From Lophium mytilinum (taxonomy: Eukaryota), in the NCBI GenBank assembly GCA_010093605.1, contig MU004196.1, positions 22,606-86,605 of the forward strand: a DNA stretch of 64,000 bases, read 5' to 3'. The position numbers and the translations under genes were made by a program. This document shows positions 46,940 to 61,025 of the stretch, in pieces (the stretch's first letter is position 1; each line of letters opens with the position of its first letter). A model generated the notes under the pieces. The model worked only from the letters and a program-made list of their open reading frames with translations, was not told where the DNA came from and searched no databases.

Positions 46940-48632
46940 ATGGCGTCTTATCGGGCCATTTCTACCTCAAAGAGGTTGTGTCATTCTGTTCCGTCTGCGA
47001 CGCGTAACTTCAGCTGCAAATCAATAACGGCGCGTAACACCACCCGCAGCTTACACGCCACAGCGAAACGTTTTACAGATGGAGTCTTTAGAGAATTGAC
47101 AGCAGCACGGACTGGGTAAGTTGCCGCAAGAGCCTGCTTGTACCGCAATTCGAGCTCACACTCCCCGCCATGACAGGAGGACACCATGGATCGAAGCATT
47201 CCGAAGACAACAAGCGGACAAGCAAGACCTGTCGAAGCCGTCCGGGATACCTCAAGTACCACCGAACCGTGACCTGAAACCCAAAAAGATGTCCGATAGC
47301 TATCACTCGGTGGTGAGTATTTCCGCGAATAGCGCTACTCCGTGCAACGCAGCAGACTGACTGATCCAGTGATAGATACTACCACTTGCTCAAGACCCTT
47401 GGCTACTCGATACCTACCTCAACTCGTCGGGACAAATAAGGTGCCGCTAGAATCTCGAAACCCACCAGACCCCTCACGACGCTGACCCTCCGACAGACTC
47501 GGTACATTATTCATGGACTTGGATGCTCTATCTGGCGTGGTTGCATACAAACATACGGGCGATGCTGTGACGACTGTCACTGCAGCTTGCGACAGGATCA
47601 AGATCAACTCTCCGTTGACCGAGATATGCGATCTAGAGTTAAGCGGGCAGGTCACATATGCCACTGGCAGGTCCAGCATGGAGATATCTCTACAAGTCGC
47701 AAAAGCTCCCAAGAACGGCGAGAAAGTACCCAAGGAAGACGTCTTCATCGAATGTACCTTCACCATGGTTTCGTTGGACCCCGGTACCAAGAAGTAAGTC
47801 CCCAGACAGCTTTACTAGCGCATATACTAATGCAGGAAAGGCCCGTCCCAATCAACTCCGTTGTAGCAGAGACTACAGAAGAGAAAGAGTTATTTTCTCT
47901 AGGGGAACAACACTCAAACCAGAGAAAACAGCGCTCAAAAACATCTCTCATCAAATACACCCCCAACGACCTCGAATCCGACCTCATCCACGCCTACTGG
48001 CAACACCAAATCCAATTCCACGGCACGCCCCACCCCCCCATCCCTCTCCCATCCCGCTAACACCCCTAGACCCCAACGACCCCAACCGCAAGCCCAAAAA
48101 CGCCCACTTCATGGACTCGACCGAACTCCGCACCGCCATGATCATGCAACCCCAATACCGCAACCGGCACAACTTCATGATCTTCGGCGGCTTCCTCCTC
48201 AAGCAGACCTTCGAGCTCGCCTTCAGCTGCGCCGCCGCCTTCTCCCACGCCCGCCCCGTCTTCGTCTCCCTTGACCCCTCCACCTTCCAGAACCCCGTCC
48301 CCGTCGGCTCGATCTTGTACCTGACGGCGCGAGTCGTGTATACGGATCCGCCGCTCATCGCGGCGCCGGGCGAGTCGTACGACGCCGAGAGCCCGTATAC
48401 GCGCGTGCAGATCCGCGTCGACTCCAAGGTGCGGAATGTGGAGCATGGGGAGACGAAGCCGACGGGGCAGTTCAACTACACGTTCACAGTGAACAAGAAC
48501 ATTAGGGTGATGCCGCGGACGTACGGCGAGTTTATGATGTACATCGATGCAAGGCGGCGGGCGGAGGAGGTTTCGGCTAGCTTGGGCGACGCGGAAGCGC
48601 CGGCGATAACGGGGGAGAGCGTCACGGAGTGA
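46940..48632 (+). CDS. Mitochondrial acyl-CoA thioesterase (double hotdog fold, ACOT9-like)
   Basis: Basic presequence; KMSDSYHSV|ILPLAQDPWLLDTYLN; MDLDALSGVVAYKH..VTAACDRI; MQPQYRNRHNFMIFGGFLLKQTFELAF; PRTYGEFMMYID. Confidence 0.92.
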
Positions 48633-49040
48633 AGCACGTGACTGTTGATGATGACTAACGTATATATATTCGAACGCAGCGATGCAAATGCTAGTCTAGA
48701 TATCCCGAATGATAATGGGAATGCGCGCTCAAAGTGCAGATTATCAATCTTGGTTCAAATGCGGGAAACAGTGCCGGAGGAACGCCAATGTGTCCCAGAC
48801 GCTATAACGCTAGAAAGCCCAGCGCTAGAAAATGCTGCCAATAACATAATTTCGAGAATGAAGTGGTATCGTACGTCGCGCGCTTTTACAATCTCGTGTC
48901 GTCTATGTCTCGTAAACGCCTCAAACCCCGGCGAGCGACTCGAAGTAGAAAAACTGCATACACGCAACACCCCGTCAGCTTCTACACCCTCAGTTCCAGC
49001 ATCTCGTGCGCAACTTACAGTAATCAAAAGGCGAGCGTAT

Positions 49041-49265
49041 TCACATCTCATCGAGCTCAAACTCTAAAGACACGTCCTCGGAGCAGTCGGAGCAGTAGTA
49101 GTTTGAGAAGCCACCGCAAGTAACTTTGGAGTTCTTGCACATGTCGATGCTCCAGCAGTCGTACGAGTAGCCGCTCAGCAGGCGGTTGGGGCAGACTTCG
49201 ACGCTGTTGGCCCAGATGTAGTAGTCGTGGTTGCAGTAGTACCAGGAGTAGGTGTAGGAGCACAT
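49041..49265 (-). CDS. Small Cys-rich, probably Zn-binding intracellular protein (74 aa)
   Basis: MC-x8-CxH-x11-C...C...CxxC pattern, strong C-ending codon bias, CAACATG start context, no signal peptide. Confidence 0.65.
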   Translation of the reverse strand: MCSYTYSWYYCNHDYYIWANSVEVCPNRLLSGYSYDCWSIDMCKNSKVTCGGFSNYYCSDCSEDVSLEFELDEM

Positions 49266-51184
49266 GTTGGGCGGTTGGAAGGGTGCAGTAGGATTATAAC
49301 TTTGGTGGGCTGACGAGGTTGGGATGGTGTGCTGGTTTAGAGACGTATTTGAGAATGCGGTGTATAGATGCCTGGAATGGAGATGTCAGCTGAGGGCTTG
49401 GGATGTATGCAGAGTAAGACGGTGACGGGAGATTGATCATTCCGGTCATGTTGTTCGCTGTGGTGTGATATACGAGCAAGAAGGCAGAGAAGGCAAAATG
49501 GTTGCCTTCGATTGAAGCACTCACCTTCTGAATCGCAAGAAATGCTCACGCGCTGAAAAGACTTCGCGCTGGAAAGACTCACGCAACGTATATGCGACAG
49601 CTAAGTAGCTTCAAAAGATTGACTGCGTATATATCTGCTTTTCCACGCGTGTTCTAGAACTTTGCCTTATCGAAAACTGCCCTTCGTTTCTCTGTCCTCA
49701 GTAAGATAAAGAAGGAAATCCACCCACCACTCCGAAGATCCGGGGACAAAGCACTTCTTATATGCAGACTCTGCGGCCATCCAGCCAGTCAGCCCAGTCA
49801 CGTCAGCCCAGTCACGCCAATCTTCAGCTACTTTGCACGCGTGTCCGCACGGGAGGGGGGCTACGGTGTTCCTCCGATGCAGGCCCCGGAGCCCCGGCTG
49901 CGGGTGATAAGGTGGGCGCGCATGGACTGGTACCTACCTACCTTGGGAGAACGTGGTGCCATTGGGGTAACGTGGTGCCATTGGAAAAGCAGCCAGGTGA
50001 GGCGGTTCCGAGGACGCCCGCCTTACCGATGAGAGCTCCTCCCCATACAATAGATGCATGCGTGGTTAGAGGCATGCACTCCAGCACCTACATACGGAGT
50101 ACAGTAGTAGCAGCCTCACTGCACCTCGCGTGCAGCTACTCCCAACAGATGCAGTCTCGCTTCACGTCAACTTTTTTGGACTTCTTGAGGAACTTCGAGG
50201 CCCGAGTCCACGCCCGCTGCGAGTCATCCCGAGAGGTCTTGATAAGCACCTGATACCTCGCTCCCTTCCGTCGCCGGCAATCTCTTCCGAGCAACGAAGG
50301 TCGTGGCCCTGAGGACTGCCCCTGGGACCCTGGATCGGCGTCGTGGGAGCTTAGTCGTCGCAAATGCAGGGTCTCGGTAGCCTCTTAGCGGAGGGTGGGC
50401 ATCTTCTTCAATTGGCTGCCCTTCCCTCGAGGCGGTCTGGTGGTGGCCCGTTCCAGATGCATGGGTGGTGGTGATAAGAGACGAAGACATGTCGAGACTC
50501 GGAATCTGATCACACGAGCGTCTAGAGCGTGGTCTTTGATGCTGTGCGGTGCTTTTGGTGTTGTTTGGACGCAACCTCGTAAATTTTGGTGAACGGTCGT
50601 TGAGGTTGTGTCTGTGGAAGAACGACGCCAATCGGTGCGCGAGGCGATAGCGGCATGTCAGCAGCGACCCGATTCGTGGACGCGCACACCGCTGTGGGTA
50701 TCAGATCGACGGATAGTGGGGGCAGATTACTGTAGAAGGGCACTTGGAAGCGTGGTCCGTGTGTGGTGTCCGGCGTTGTTTTGAAGCTTTTTGCGCCATG
50801 ACTCAAGATGCATAATCTGAAGTTTTGGTAGAGTCGCTCGAAACTCTTCCCAGAATCCGCGTGGTCTCGGAACATGCTGCTGTAGGATAGGAGAATTCAA
50901 ATGGTATGATATATATAGGTTTAGTCAGCAAGTCTTCCTTTTTCCCAATCTGGTGCTGGCCACATGCCTGGTCAGCTTCCCCAGCATCAATCCGATATTC
51001 GAGCGTCTTTTTCAGCCGTCCTGAGGACCCGCTGTGCTAGGTACTACACGTAGTAGTTACCATCAGTGCTTTGCCAGCCAACATAGATCATCAACTAGGT
51101 GTCACTGCCCAGTAGTCCACCGCCCTTTGCCCGTTGTGCCCCTCCTTATAGGATATATACAAGCCCGCAGCACCAAGCCTCAGC

Positions 51185-52483
51185 ATGCATCATTTCAACC
51201 ACTCAGCGTCCGGTCCCCCTACTCCTGTCCAAGTACCTTCTCCCGCCCAGACATCAAGCGCGCCTCCACTGCCCCCCGGATGGATCGCCCAGTTCGACCA
51301 GAATAGCCAGCGCTGGTTCTTCGTTCAGACAGCCACAGGGTTCACACAATGGGATCCCCCGATGTTTGCACCACCGCCAGGGCCGCCTCCACCGCAGACG
51401 TACTATCCTCCACCTCCAATTCCGGCACCATACTACGAGGGCCACAGGGGCTTCGACCCCAATGCGGCAGAGACAGGCCCGCAGGAGGTTCAGTTTGCAG
51501 AGCCTCATGTTCCAGAAGCTGAAGTCCCAGATGCGGGACCACAGTCAGCAAGTAGCAAGATGGGGGTATTCTTGTGAGCCATTCATTCATTTTAGAACAA
51601 TCATTTCCGTATATCTTACAAGACCTCAAAGTCCACGCTTTACCTTCTTTTCTATCTTTCGTTCTTCCTCCCTCTCACACCTCCCCCAGAAAAGAAAGCC
51701 TCAACACTGGCCTCGTAAAAAGCAAGCTCGTCCTCGAGCACTCCCTCGGCTTAGGCCATCGCCCCAACGCCGTGCCCCCCGGCGAAGCCTCTATCGACGA
51801 AGAGCCGCGCCTCGTCGAGATCGGGTGGCACCCCGTCGGCGGCTTCGGTGGGAAATGGTTCGCAGAGAAGACCGGATTAGGCAAGAAGATCACAGAGAAG
51901 ATCAACAAGTACCCAGACCCAACGCAGCACTGGGCGGTGTTGGTGGACGAGTATGCGCACGAGCTTTGGATGGTGAGCGTCCCCCTTCCGCCTATCACCA
52001 TTGTTCCCACCAGCGCGGATCAAGGACCAAACTGTACTAAACAGACGGTATCGCGTGCAGGACGAACACCTCGACGTAATCTACATCAACGAGAAAATAA
52101 ACCGCGCCGAATGGCACACCTTCTCCGTCGGCAAAACCCGCTTCAACGACGAAGCCCTGCGCCAGGCCGGCGAAATGGTCATCCACAACATGCGCGCCAC
52201 CCGCCCCGCCTACAACATCATCAGCAACAACTGCCAGAACTTCGCCGTCGCCCTCCTCGACGCCATCCAAGTCGGCGCGCACGCCGAGTTCGCCACCAGC
52301 TTCGCCGTCTACCAGCGCGCGACTGGGAAAGGCAAGATCATCGATTTGTTCGTGGATAAGCATCCTGATGAGAAGACGGACCAGCAGCGGCCCGAGCTGC
52401 ATCGCATGGATACGGTCCAGACGGCAGCGCAGGTGATGGAGGCCGAGACGACCAAGTTGGATAATCACCGGAGGATTTTCTGA
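51185..52483 (+). CDS. WW domain + permuted papain-like (PPPDE/LRAT-type) peptidase domain protein
   Basis: LPPGWIAQFD..RWFFV..TG.TQWDPP (WW); after introns QHWAVLV..HEL and YNIISNNCQNFA (His before Cys). Confidence 0.75.
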
Positions 52484-52982
52484 GGGGGGATGATGATATG
52501 GGGGTGATAGGAGGGGTATGGATCATGTTGCCAGGGGGGGTCGAAGTGAAAATCTATTGCGCTATTCACTGTCTGTGAACACCGGCTGTTGCGGCCTGAG
52601 GTAGTTTAGCGAGTTTCCAGTCTGTTCACGATCGCGAAATTACATCCCATCCGAAAGTCCAAATCCACATCGAGGCACCACAAGCAGCGGCAAGCTCGTG
52701 CACACTCACAGTCACATATGCAAATCCGCTCGAATAATCAGGGATGAATCGATTGGCTAGTCAAACTACCCTCAATCCTCATATCCCTATTCGGCGGCCC
52801 AGATCGCCATATGATCCCCATTCCCCAGTGCAGCTAGCCAGCTGTCTGTATGGTACAATTCCCCCGTATGACGAGTCTCAATGCAAGGATCGTTCCAAAG
52901 GATCGTTCCCAAAAGAGTCCCGTATGCAAAAGGCTCACAAAACGCCGGTCATAAACCCCAGAGGACTAAGGAAAATTCCCGC

Positions 52983-54419
52983 TCATTTAGAAGGGTGGCG
53001 ACTAAGCAGTTCTTCGTTGATCTCGAGGCGGTTTATACCTTTCTTGGTGTACTCGAAGAGCGAGAAGAAGATTGCGTTGAGGATGCAAGAGCGGCTCATT
53101 GAGACGGTCAGACCTATGAGGATGTTAATGTGTGAGCTATGTTTGCGACTGGGATCATTTGAGGGTCGACTAACCTCGATACATGCTCTGGTTACCGTAC
53201 TGGATTTTCGGCACGACAGTCCGGTCTTTGTGCGACGTCAAGCAGTTCTGCTGATACTGGCTCTTAGTAGTATCGATTGGATATATCTGTAATCGTTAGT
53301 CAACTCATTGAGAACAACTGCGAACGTTGAACTTACAACAGCCCAGCTAACGAGGCCACAGAGACCGCCTGCAATGACAACAGCGGTAGGTGTAGTAGGC
53401 GAGTTGCCACGAGCATTGGCCAGATACTGCTTTGCACTCTCGTAGGCCATGAAGTAAACCCCAGTTCCAATGGAATCCCTCACTGGTCCGTCGTTAATTA
53501 TGTTTTGGGAGAGATGTCGGAGCGGCTTACATAAGTGCAAATGAAACCCCGAATAAAGCCCCCTGAACCCTCTATCATGAATCACTTTTCGTGCCGTCTC
53601 CAATGTATTCAAGTTCTGATAGCTACGCTTTAAAGGTTCGTCGAGGCTGGAGGAGGTCTTCTTCTGAGCATTGATATACGACGTTTGTGCGCTAAGCTTT
53701 ATCAACTCAAATGGACCTGTGCAGTCTGTCAGCATATTCCTTCGTTGCGTCCACGATTTTCGGGTTGCTCACAGGCGATGGCAGTAGTAGCTACGCCGGC
53801 TGTTGCTCCCGCGGCTCCGAAACAAATCACCGTGGCCAGATTCGGGGTCGCGCCCTTTGTATTGGCTATCATGAGCGGAGATACGCCCGTCGATCGGTGC
53901 ATCCAACCATCGTATAAGTATTTGGATCTCTGATAAACCGAGAAGGACACAGTTCGGACAACGGTTATGCTAACCAGGGGAGCGAAGGCACCTGTTCAGT
54001 GTGTGAGCGTGCAGTCAGAAATGGGCTAGGAGAAGGTCAAACTTACCACGCCAAAATCCAGCGAGCCGCTCTTGTAGGTACGTCTTCCGAATGCAGTCGA
54101 GTATAGAATCGTATTTATGACTGCATATGATCAGCACTATCATGAGTCCGCGCGAGGGAAAAGTGTACGTACACTTGCATGCGGGTCTTGGTGGAATCCA
54201 AAGGGTACTGATGGGAGATTAGTATTCTGAACCGATTGGATAGCTCATATGGACAGCTTAACGTACAGTGACGCCAGTTGCGAGAACGCTGGCAGTGCTG
54301 GCTGCTATCTCGGTCCGATAGTGCTTGGTCCACCACTTCACATCCTCGATGTTCCAGGAGAAGTACGTCTGCAGGCGGGGATTGCGGCTGTTGTCACTGC
54401 CGTCCGGCATACTGGCCAT
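52983..54419 (-). CDS. Mitochondrial carrier family protein, multi-exon
   Basis: PxDxxK signatures YPLDSTKTRMQ, PFELIKL, YPIDTTK; GFRGLYSG; AGGLCGLVSW. Confidence 0.9.
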
Positions 54420-56147
54420 CGCTTGCGGCTCGAAGACTCGGGAGTCCTCAAGCAGTTCGCGATAAGCACAGTAGCCCACGGGCCTCCATGGAACTGTTGG
54501 GGACGGTCAGCTCGACGAATTGCGCCTCCAATCGAACAATCAATGCGCAGTTAGTATCGGCGGGTACGACGACGGGCGAACGGGCGACGAGCGAGCGTTG
54601 GTGTTGAGGTTTGGCGCTCGTTGTCAAAGTTCAAAGTGAGGTGTTGACGTCGGTCCTCTTGAAGATTTGGCGGGCGCCGAGTGGTCCAAGCTCCACAATT
54701 CTAACTCCTTTTGGCATAGCCGACTAATTCAATGGACCCCGAAAAGTCTCGCGATATCTAGACAGCGGTTTACCCGCCCGTCTAAACCGTCCATTACCCC
54801 TCGGGGGCGACACGAGATCAAGGACAGGGCACAATCTTCGCTAGGGCCTTCACATGATAATTGTCTGAAGCTGACGGCGGATGCAAGAGAGTTGCGGTCT
54901 TGAGACCTGCACCCTTTGCTTTAGAAGCACGGGTGTAACGCGAAGAGAGCCCGAGTGGAGCACGCTGGAAGTCACCTCTCTTCTCACGATGTCTTCTCAG
55001 TCTCGTCGAGCACTGTCTGAAGCTTGAGGGGACCAACAGGATGACACTCGAAAACAATGCCAGTGCGGGGAAGCTGAGAGCTATTATGCAACATGCCAGC
55101 CACGTTGCGGACAGCATGATGCCAGCGTAGCCAATGAAAGCCCTTGCTCGAACGGTGGAGTGGTGTCAAGCTGGATAGCTTGTCCAATCGATCAATGGAC
55201 GAGAGCTAGCAGACTAGGGAAGGCTTGTACGTTTCATCTGCAAGGTCACTCACGTGGCAGCAGCACGAGATGTGGGCAATATAAACAGTACATTGCTTCG
55301 TCGCACTCGTCTCGTCTGTGCTCGTGCTTCCATGCCTCTTCGTAACTGTGCAGATATATCCTCTCAATGACTTCTGAGTTCAGACGTTGAGGGTAGCATT
55401 CGTAGACACCACCGTCGGGTATAGCTCTTCATGTGTATCAATAAAGCGAGGGGTTTTAGATCTCGCTCCAACTTTCGAGACTGTAGAGAAGGAATCATGA
55501 CAAAGGGAAGAAGGTACAATGGAAAAAGAGTGAAACGTTTACGAAGGTGAAACCGTCCAATTGTGACCGGCATAAAATACCTAAATGCCTTCTGAAGAAT
55601 ACCAGACCTATATGAGTTGCACGTAGTCAACCTTCTAGTAGGCTCTGTAGGCTTTACTAGGTCTAGTAACAATTGACATATTCAACTCTTTACAAGAAGT
55701 CCACTTCGTCTTAGGAAGAGGCGCGTTGAGCCCGCAGTAAAAGCAACGTATAACGCTAAAGCGGTTGGCAGGCTTCCAACAACCTGCTAACAGAAGTGTC
55801 AAGGGAAGTGTCAAGCATAATAGCATCGCGTCGAGGCGGTCTGAGGGAATACAGCTGGCAGATGGAGATGGCCCACGTGGATGCAGTCAATGGGTGGTGC
55901 TCATTGGAAGGTTTGGGCGAAGGGATGAATCGGAGCTTCCCGCGACTGCTTTCCCGGAGCTGCGACCTCACCGCAAAACACCAGTCTCTTCCACTGTTTT
56001 TATTTGCTCCCTCACCGCCCCAACACCCCATCCATACATATCTTCCTTCGCTGTGAGTCCATCGCCATGGCTGCTCCAGACTTCTCCGACGTATCTAAGA
56101 CCTCAGACACGAAGGCTTTCCCCACGCCCAAACTCAGCGCTCCCAAA

Positions 56148-57384
56148 ATGTCTATCCCGGCCTTTTCCGACATTGCGAAGCCCTCTAACGACGTACGTTG
56201 CCCCGAGCCTGGAGGACTTCAATGGCATACTGACCGCGGATGGATGTACTTCTAGCTTATCAACAAGGACTTCTACCATGTTGCGGCTGGTATGTGTCGC
56301 CCAATTGAGCTGCGCAGATCCCCTGCTGACTTTTCGCAGCCGCTCTTGAGGTCAAGCTAAAGACCCCGGATGGTGTTAACTTCACCGCCAAGGGCACGTC
56401 GGCGCACGATGGTCCTATTTCTTCATCTGTAAGCTACCTTTCCCAATTGCCCGTCTCCAATGCGATCCTCAGGTCTAACGCGTTGCTATAGATCGAAGCC
56501 AAGAAGGGCATCCAGAACGGTACATACTTTCACTCTTTTTCCACCGCATCGATACCCGTGTATTCTTCGCCAACCACACATATCTCGTTGCTCTCAGTAC
56601 TGTCGCCCAGTTGGCGACAGATTAGCTTGCATACTCAACTGACGCGCAACGGCGCAGGGATCAGCATCATTCAGTCCTGGAACACAGCCAACGTCTTAAA
56701 CACCAAGGTCGAGCTCGCCGACTCTTTCGCCAAGGACTTGAAGGTTGAGGTTCTCAACAACTTCAGCCCGGCCTCCGGCAACAAAGGCCAGAAGTTGAAC
56801 ATCTACTTCAAGCAACAGCAGTTCCACAGCCGGGCCTTCCTCGACTACCAGCCATCTGGCAAGGTCACGGCGCTCGCGGACATTGTTCTCGGCCATGAGG
56901 GCTTCCTCGTTGGTGGCGAGGCTGCATACGATGTCCAGAAGGCTGCTCTCACCAAGTACTCCGCTGCCGTCGGCTACAGCACCCCAACATACACTGCTGC
57001 GATTACTGCGACCAACAGCTTCAACATCTTCGCCGCCTCATACTACCACAAGGTCAACAAGTCTGTCGAGGCCGGCACCAAGGCCACCTACGACGCCAAG
57101 ACTGGCACTGCCGTTGGGATTGAACTTGCCAGCAAGTACAAGATTGATCCTCTTTCCTTCGCCAAGGTACGTCTAGAGCACGACAGCCAGTAGATTACCG
57201 TAATTGAAAGCCTCGCTAACCGCATCTATTACAGGCCAAGATCAACGACCGCGGCATCGCCTCTATCGCCTACAACACCAAGATCAACTCCGGCCTAACT
57301 TTCGGCATTGGTGGCTCCTTTGATACCCAGAAATTCAACGAGGCTGGCCACAAGTTCGGCACCAGCTTCACCTTCGAGGGTTAA
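56148..57384 (+). CDS. por1: Mitochondrial outer-membrane porin (VDAC), multi-exon
   Basis: MSIPAFSDIAKPSND|LINKDFYH, SWNTANVLNTKVE, GHEGFLVGGEAAYDVQKA, ASYYHKVN, AKIND.G..HKFGTSFTFEG*. Confidence 0.96.
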
Positions 57385-57719
57385 GTCTCCTATACTCCCT
57401 GTATATTTAGCCATAGATGTGGAGAGGAGAGGGGAGCGAGTTCAGTTGGCAGGATTTGGGATTAAAAACATGTTGCTTCTGTGACGCTTTTTGGCCCTCC
57501 TTTTGTGGTTGTCTTTTGGCATGTATCAACAGTCGGCTTAGATTCTGAATGCAAGCGCCTTGCCAGTCCCACATCTCAAAGTTTTCGAATATGTGCTGAG
57601 GACGCTTCTTGATATCGAAGTATACCTCCGTTTAGCGCCGGGAATATATCCTCTATCCCATATATACAACCGGTTCATTCGTCCCGTATGCACGTAATAC
57701 GACCATTTAGCCCTCCCCC

Positions 57720-58610
57720 TCAGCTCCCCTCCTTCTCCTTCCCCCTGCCCCTAGATCTCTTCCCCACACCCCCCTCATCCCGCTTAAACCACACCGCACT
57801 CAACATAATGACCACCACCGCACTCCCTACCGCCACAAAGTTAAACAGCATACTCCCACTACTCCCCGCCAAATCCTCCGCAAAATGCGCCCCCGCGCGC
57901 TCGGCTTTGCGCTTGAAATGCTGCGACACGCCCTCGTGCGTGCGCCGATGCCCACGGTGGTCAAAATGCGGCACTGTTGTCCCGTGGTGCTGCTGCCCCG
58001 GCGAAAACCCTCCCGCGGTGCTCGTTGCCGCCTCTGCCTCCTCTTCCCCCGTGCCCTCATTCCCGTGAGCGTGGGCATGTCCCGCGCCCCGCTTCGCGCC
58101 ATGCGCGCCGTACCCGCCCGATCTGTAGAACGAGGGCGGCGGCCCGCGGAACTGCGTGCGCCGCCTGCTCAGCCCGCTGGGCGGCCGCGAGCCTGCGTAG
58201 CCGGCGGAGCTGAAGCTGCCGGTGTGCTGGGTGTGGCGGGCGGTGGCGGGGGCGAGGTGGGTATGGTACTGGGCGTCGTAGGTAGAGCGTTTCGTGGGGG
58301 AGGAGAGGATGTGGTAGGCTTCGGAGAGGGCGACGAAGCGGGTGGAGGCGGTGGGGTCGGAGGGGTTGCGGTCGGGGTGGTGGAGTTTGGAGAGGGCGAA
58401 GAATTGGCGCTTGATTTCAGCGGGGGAGGCGGAGGGGGGGAGTTCGAGGGTTTCGTAGTGGTTTGGGAGGGGGTTATCGGTGTGGAGAGGTGGAGATGGG
58501 TGGAATGGGCGCGTTTTGGAGGCGATTGGGGGAAGGAGTAGGTGAGGTCGGAGGCATGGTGAGGAGGTGAGACGCTGCGGACGCGGCAGAAGAAGGAGGC
58601 GGAGTGGCAT
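57720..58610 (-). CDS. DnaJ-domain protein, likely mitochondrial, with C-terminal TM segment
   Basis: NHYETLEL...IKRQFFALSKLHHPDRN...LSEAYHILS..KRSTYD; R/L/P-rich presequence; hydrophobic FVAVGSAVVVIMLSAVWF. Confidence 0.92.
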   Translation of the reverse strand: MPLRLLLLPRPQRLTSSPCLRPHLLLPPIASKTRPFHPSPPLHTDNPLPNHYETLELPPSASPAEIKRQFFALSKLHHPDRNPSDPTASTRFVALSEAYHILSSPTKRSTYDAQYHTHLAPATARHTQHTGSFSSAGYAGSRPPSGLSRRRTQFRGPPPSFYRSGGYGAHGAKRGAGHAHAHGNEGTGEEEAEAATSTAGGFSPGQQHHGTTVPHFDHRGHRRTHEGVSQHFKRKAERAGAHFAEDLAGSSGSMLFNFVAVGSAVVVIMLSAVWFKRDEGGVGKRSRGRGKEKEGS

Positions 58611-58918
58611 TCCTCATTGGGAGAATTGCATTGGTTATTGTGGTGGATTGTGTCTGGTGAAGCTTCCATGAAGTGAAGGTTATAGAAATGCTAGTCTAAA
58701 CGTCATTCGTGACTGAGGAAGGTTTAGGCGAGGCATGTACGGCATACGATAGATGAGCTACAACCAATCGAAATTCTGAAAACTAGCTGCAGTATGCCGT
58801 ATAAATCAACTCCGCAAATGCCGCGTGACGGCTTCGGTGATGGATCAAGTGGTGGGGCTAAGAAAAGACATGTTGCTCGCTCCACCATCACTTCTCCACC
58901 ACACAAAAGGTAGCAAAG

Positions 58919-60552
<1,634 letters not shown>

Positions 60553-61025
60553 TGATGATATGGACTAAATGGCCTAGGAAAAGTCACCACCTGGCGTTTG
60601 TCATTGCATAAGCGGGATGGATGAGATGATATAGCTTTCACGCTCAACAGTTCAACTAGTAATATCAAAAACACCTTATAACCTTGATCAGCAATTGTGC
60701 CACGTTCAAGAACTGTTGAAAGCTACAACCAAAGTGGACTGGATAGTCTCTTGATTTTGAAGTGCGGATATTTACATCAATTGAAGCAAAGCAAGAACTC
60801 CATTAACCCAGTCCCACTAAATAGTTACTACATTTGTTGTAGTAACAGCTATCCCATACGCCGGTATTATTTTCTTGTGGAGCTTTGAAGCACGGGCACT
60901 TGATAATGTGGCGACTGGCGTTCCACTCTCACCCCACGTTCACCGCCGAGTTCCTGAACTTCGACCTCCATTTCGATGGCGGACTGCACTCTCCCTCACA
61001 CATCCGCACCTTTTCTTTCGTCAAG

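Noticed and set aside
49762..50875. ORFs of 117-163 aa
   Set aside because: No domain signal or codon bias; more likely intergenic or regulatory.
54600..56000. Short ORFs between the carrier and porin genes
   Set aside because: Divergent promoter region; the ORFs lack motifs.
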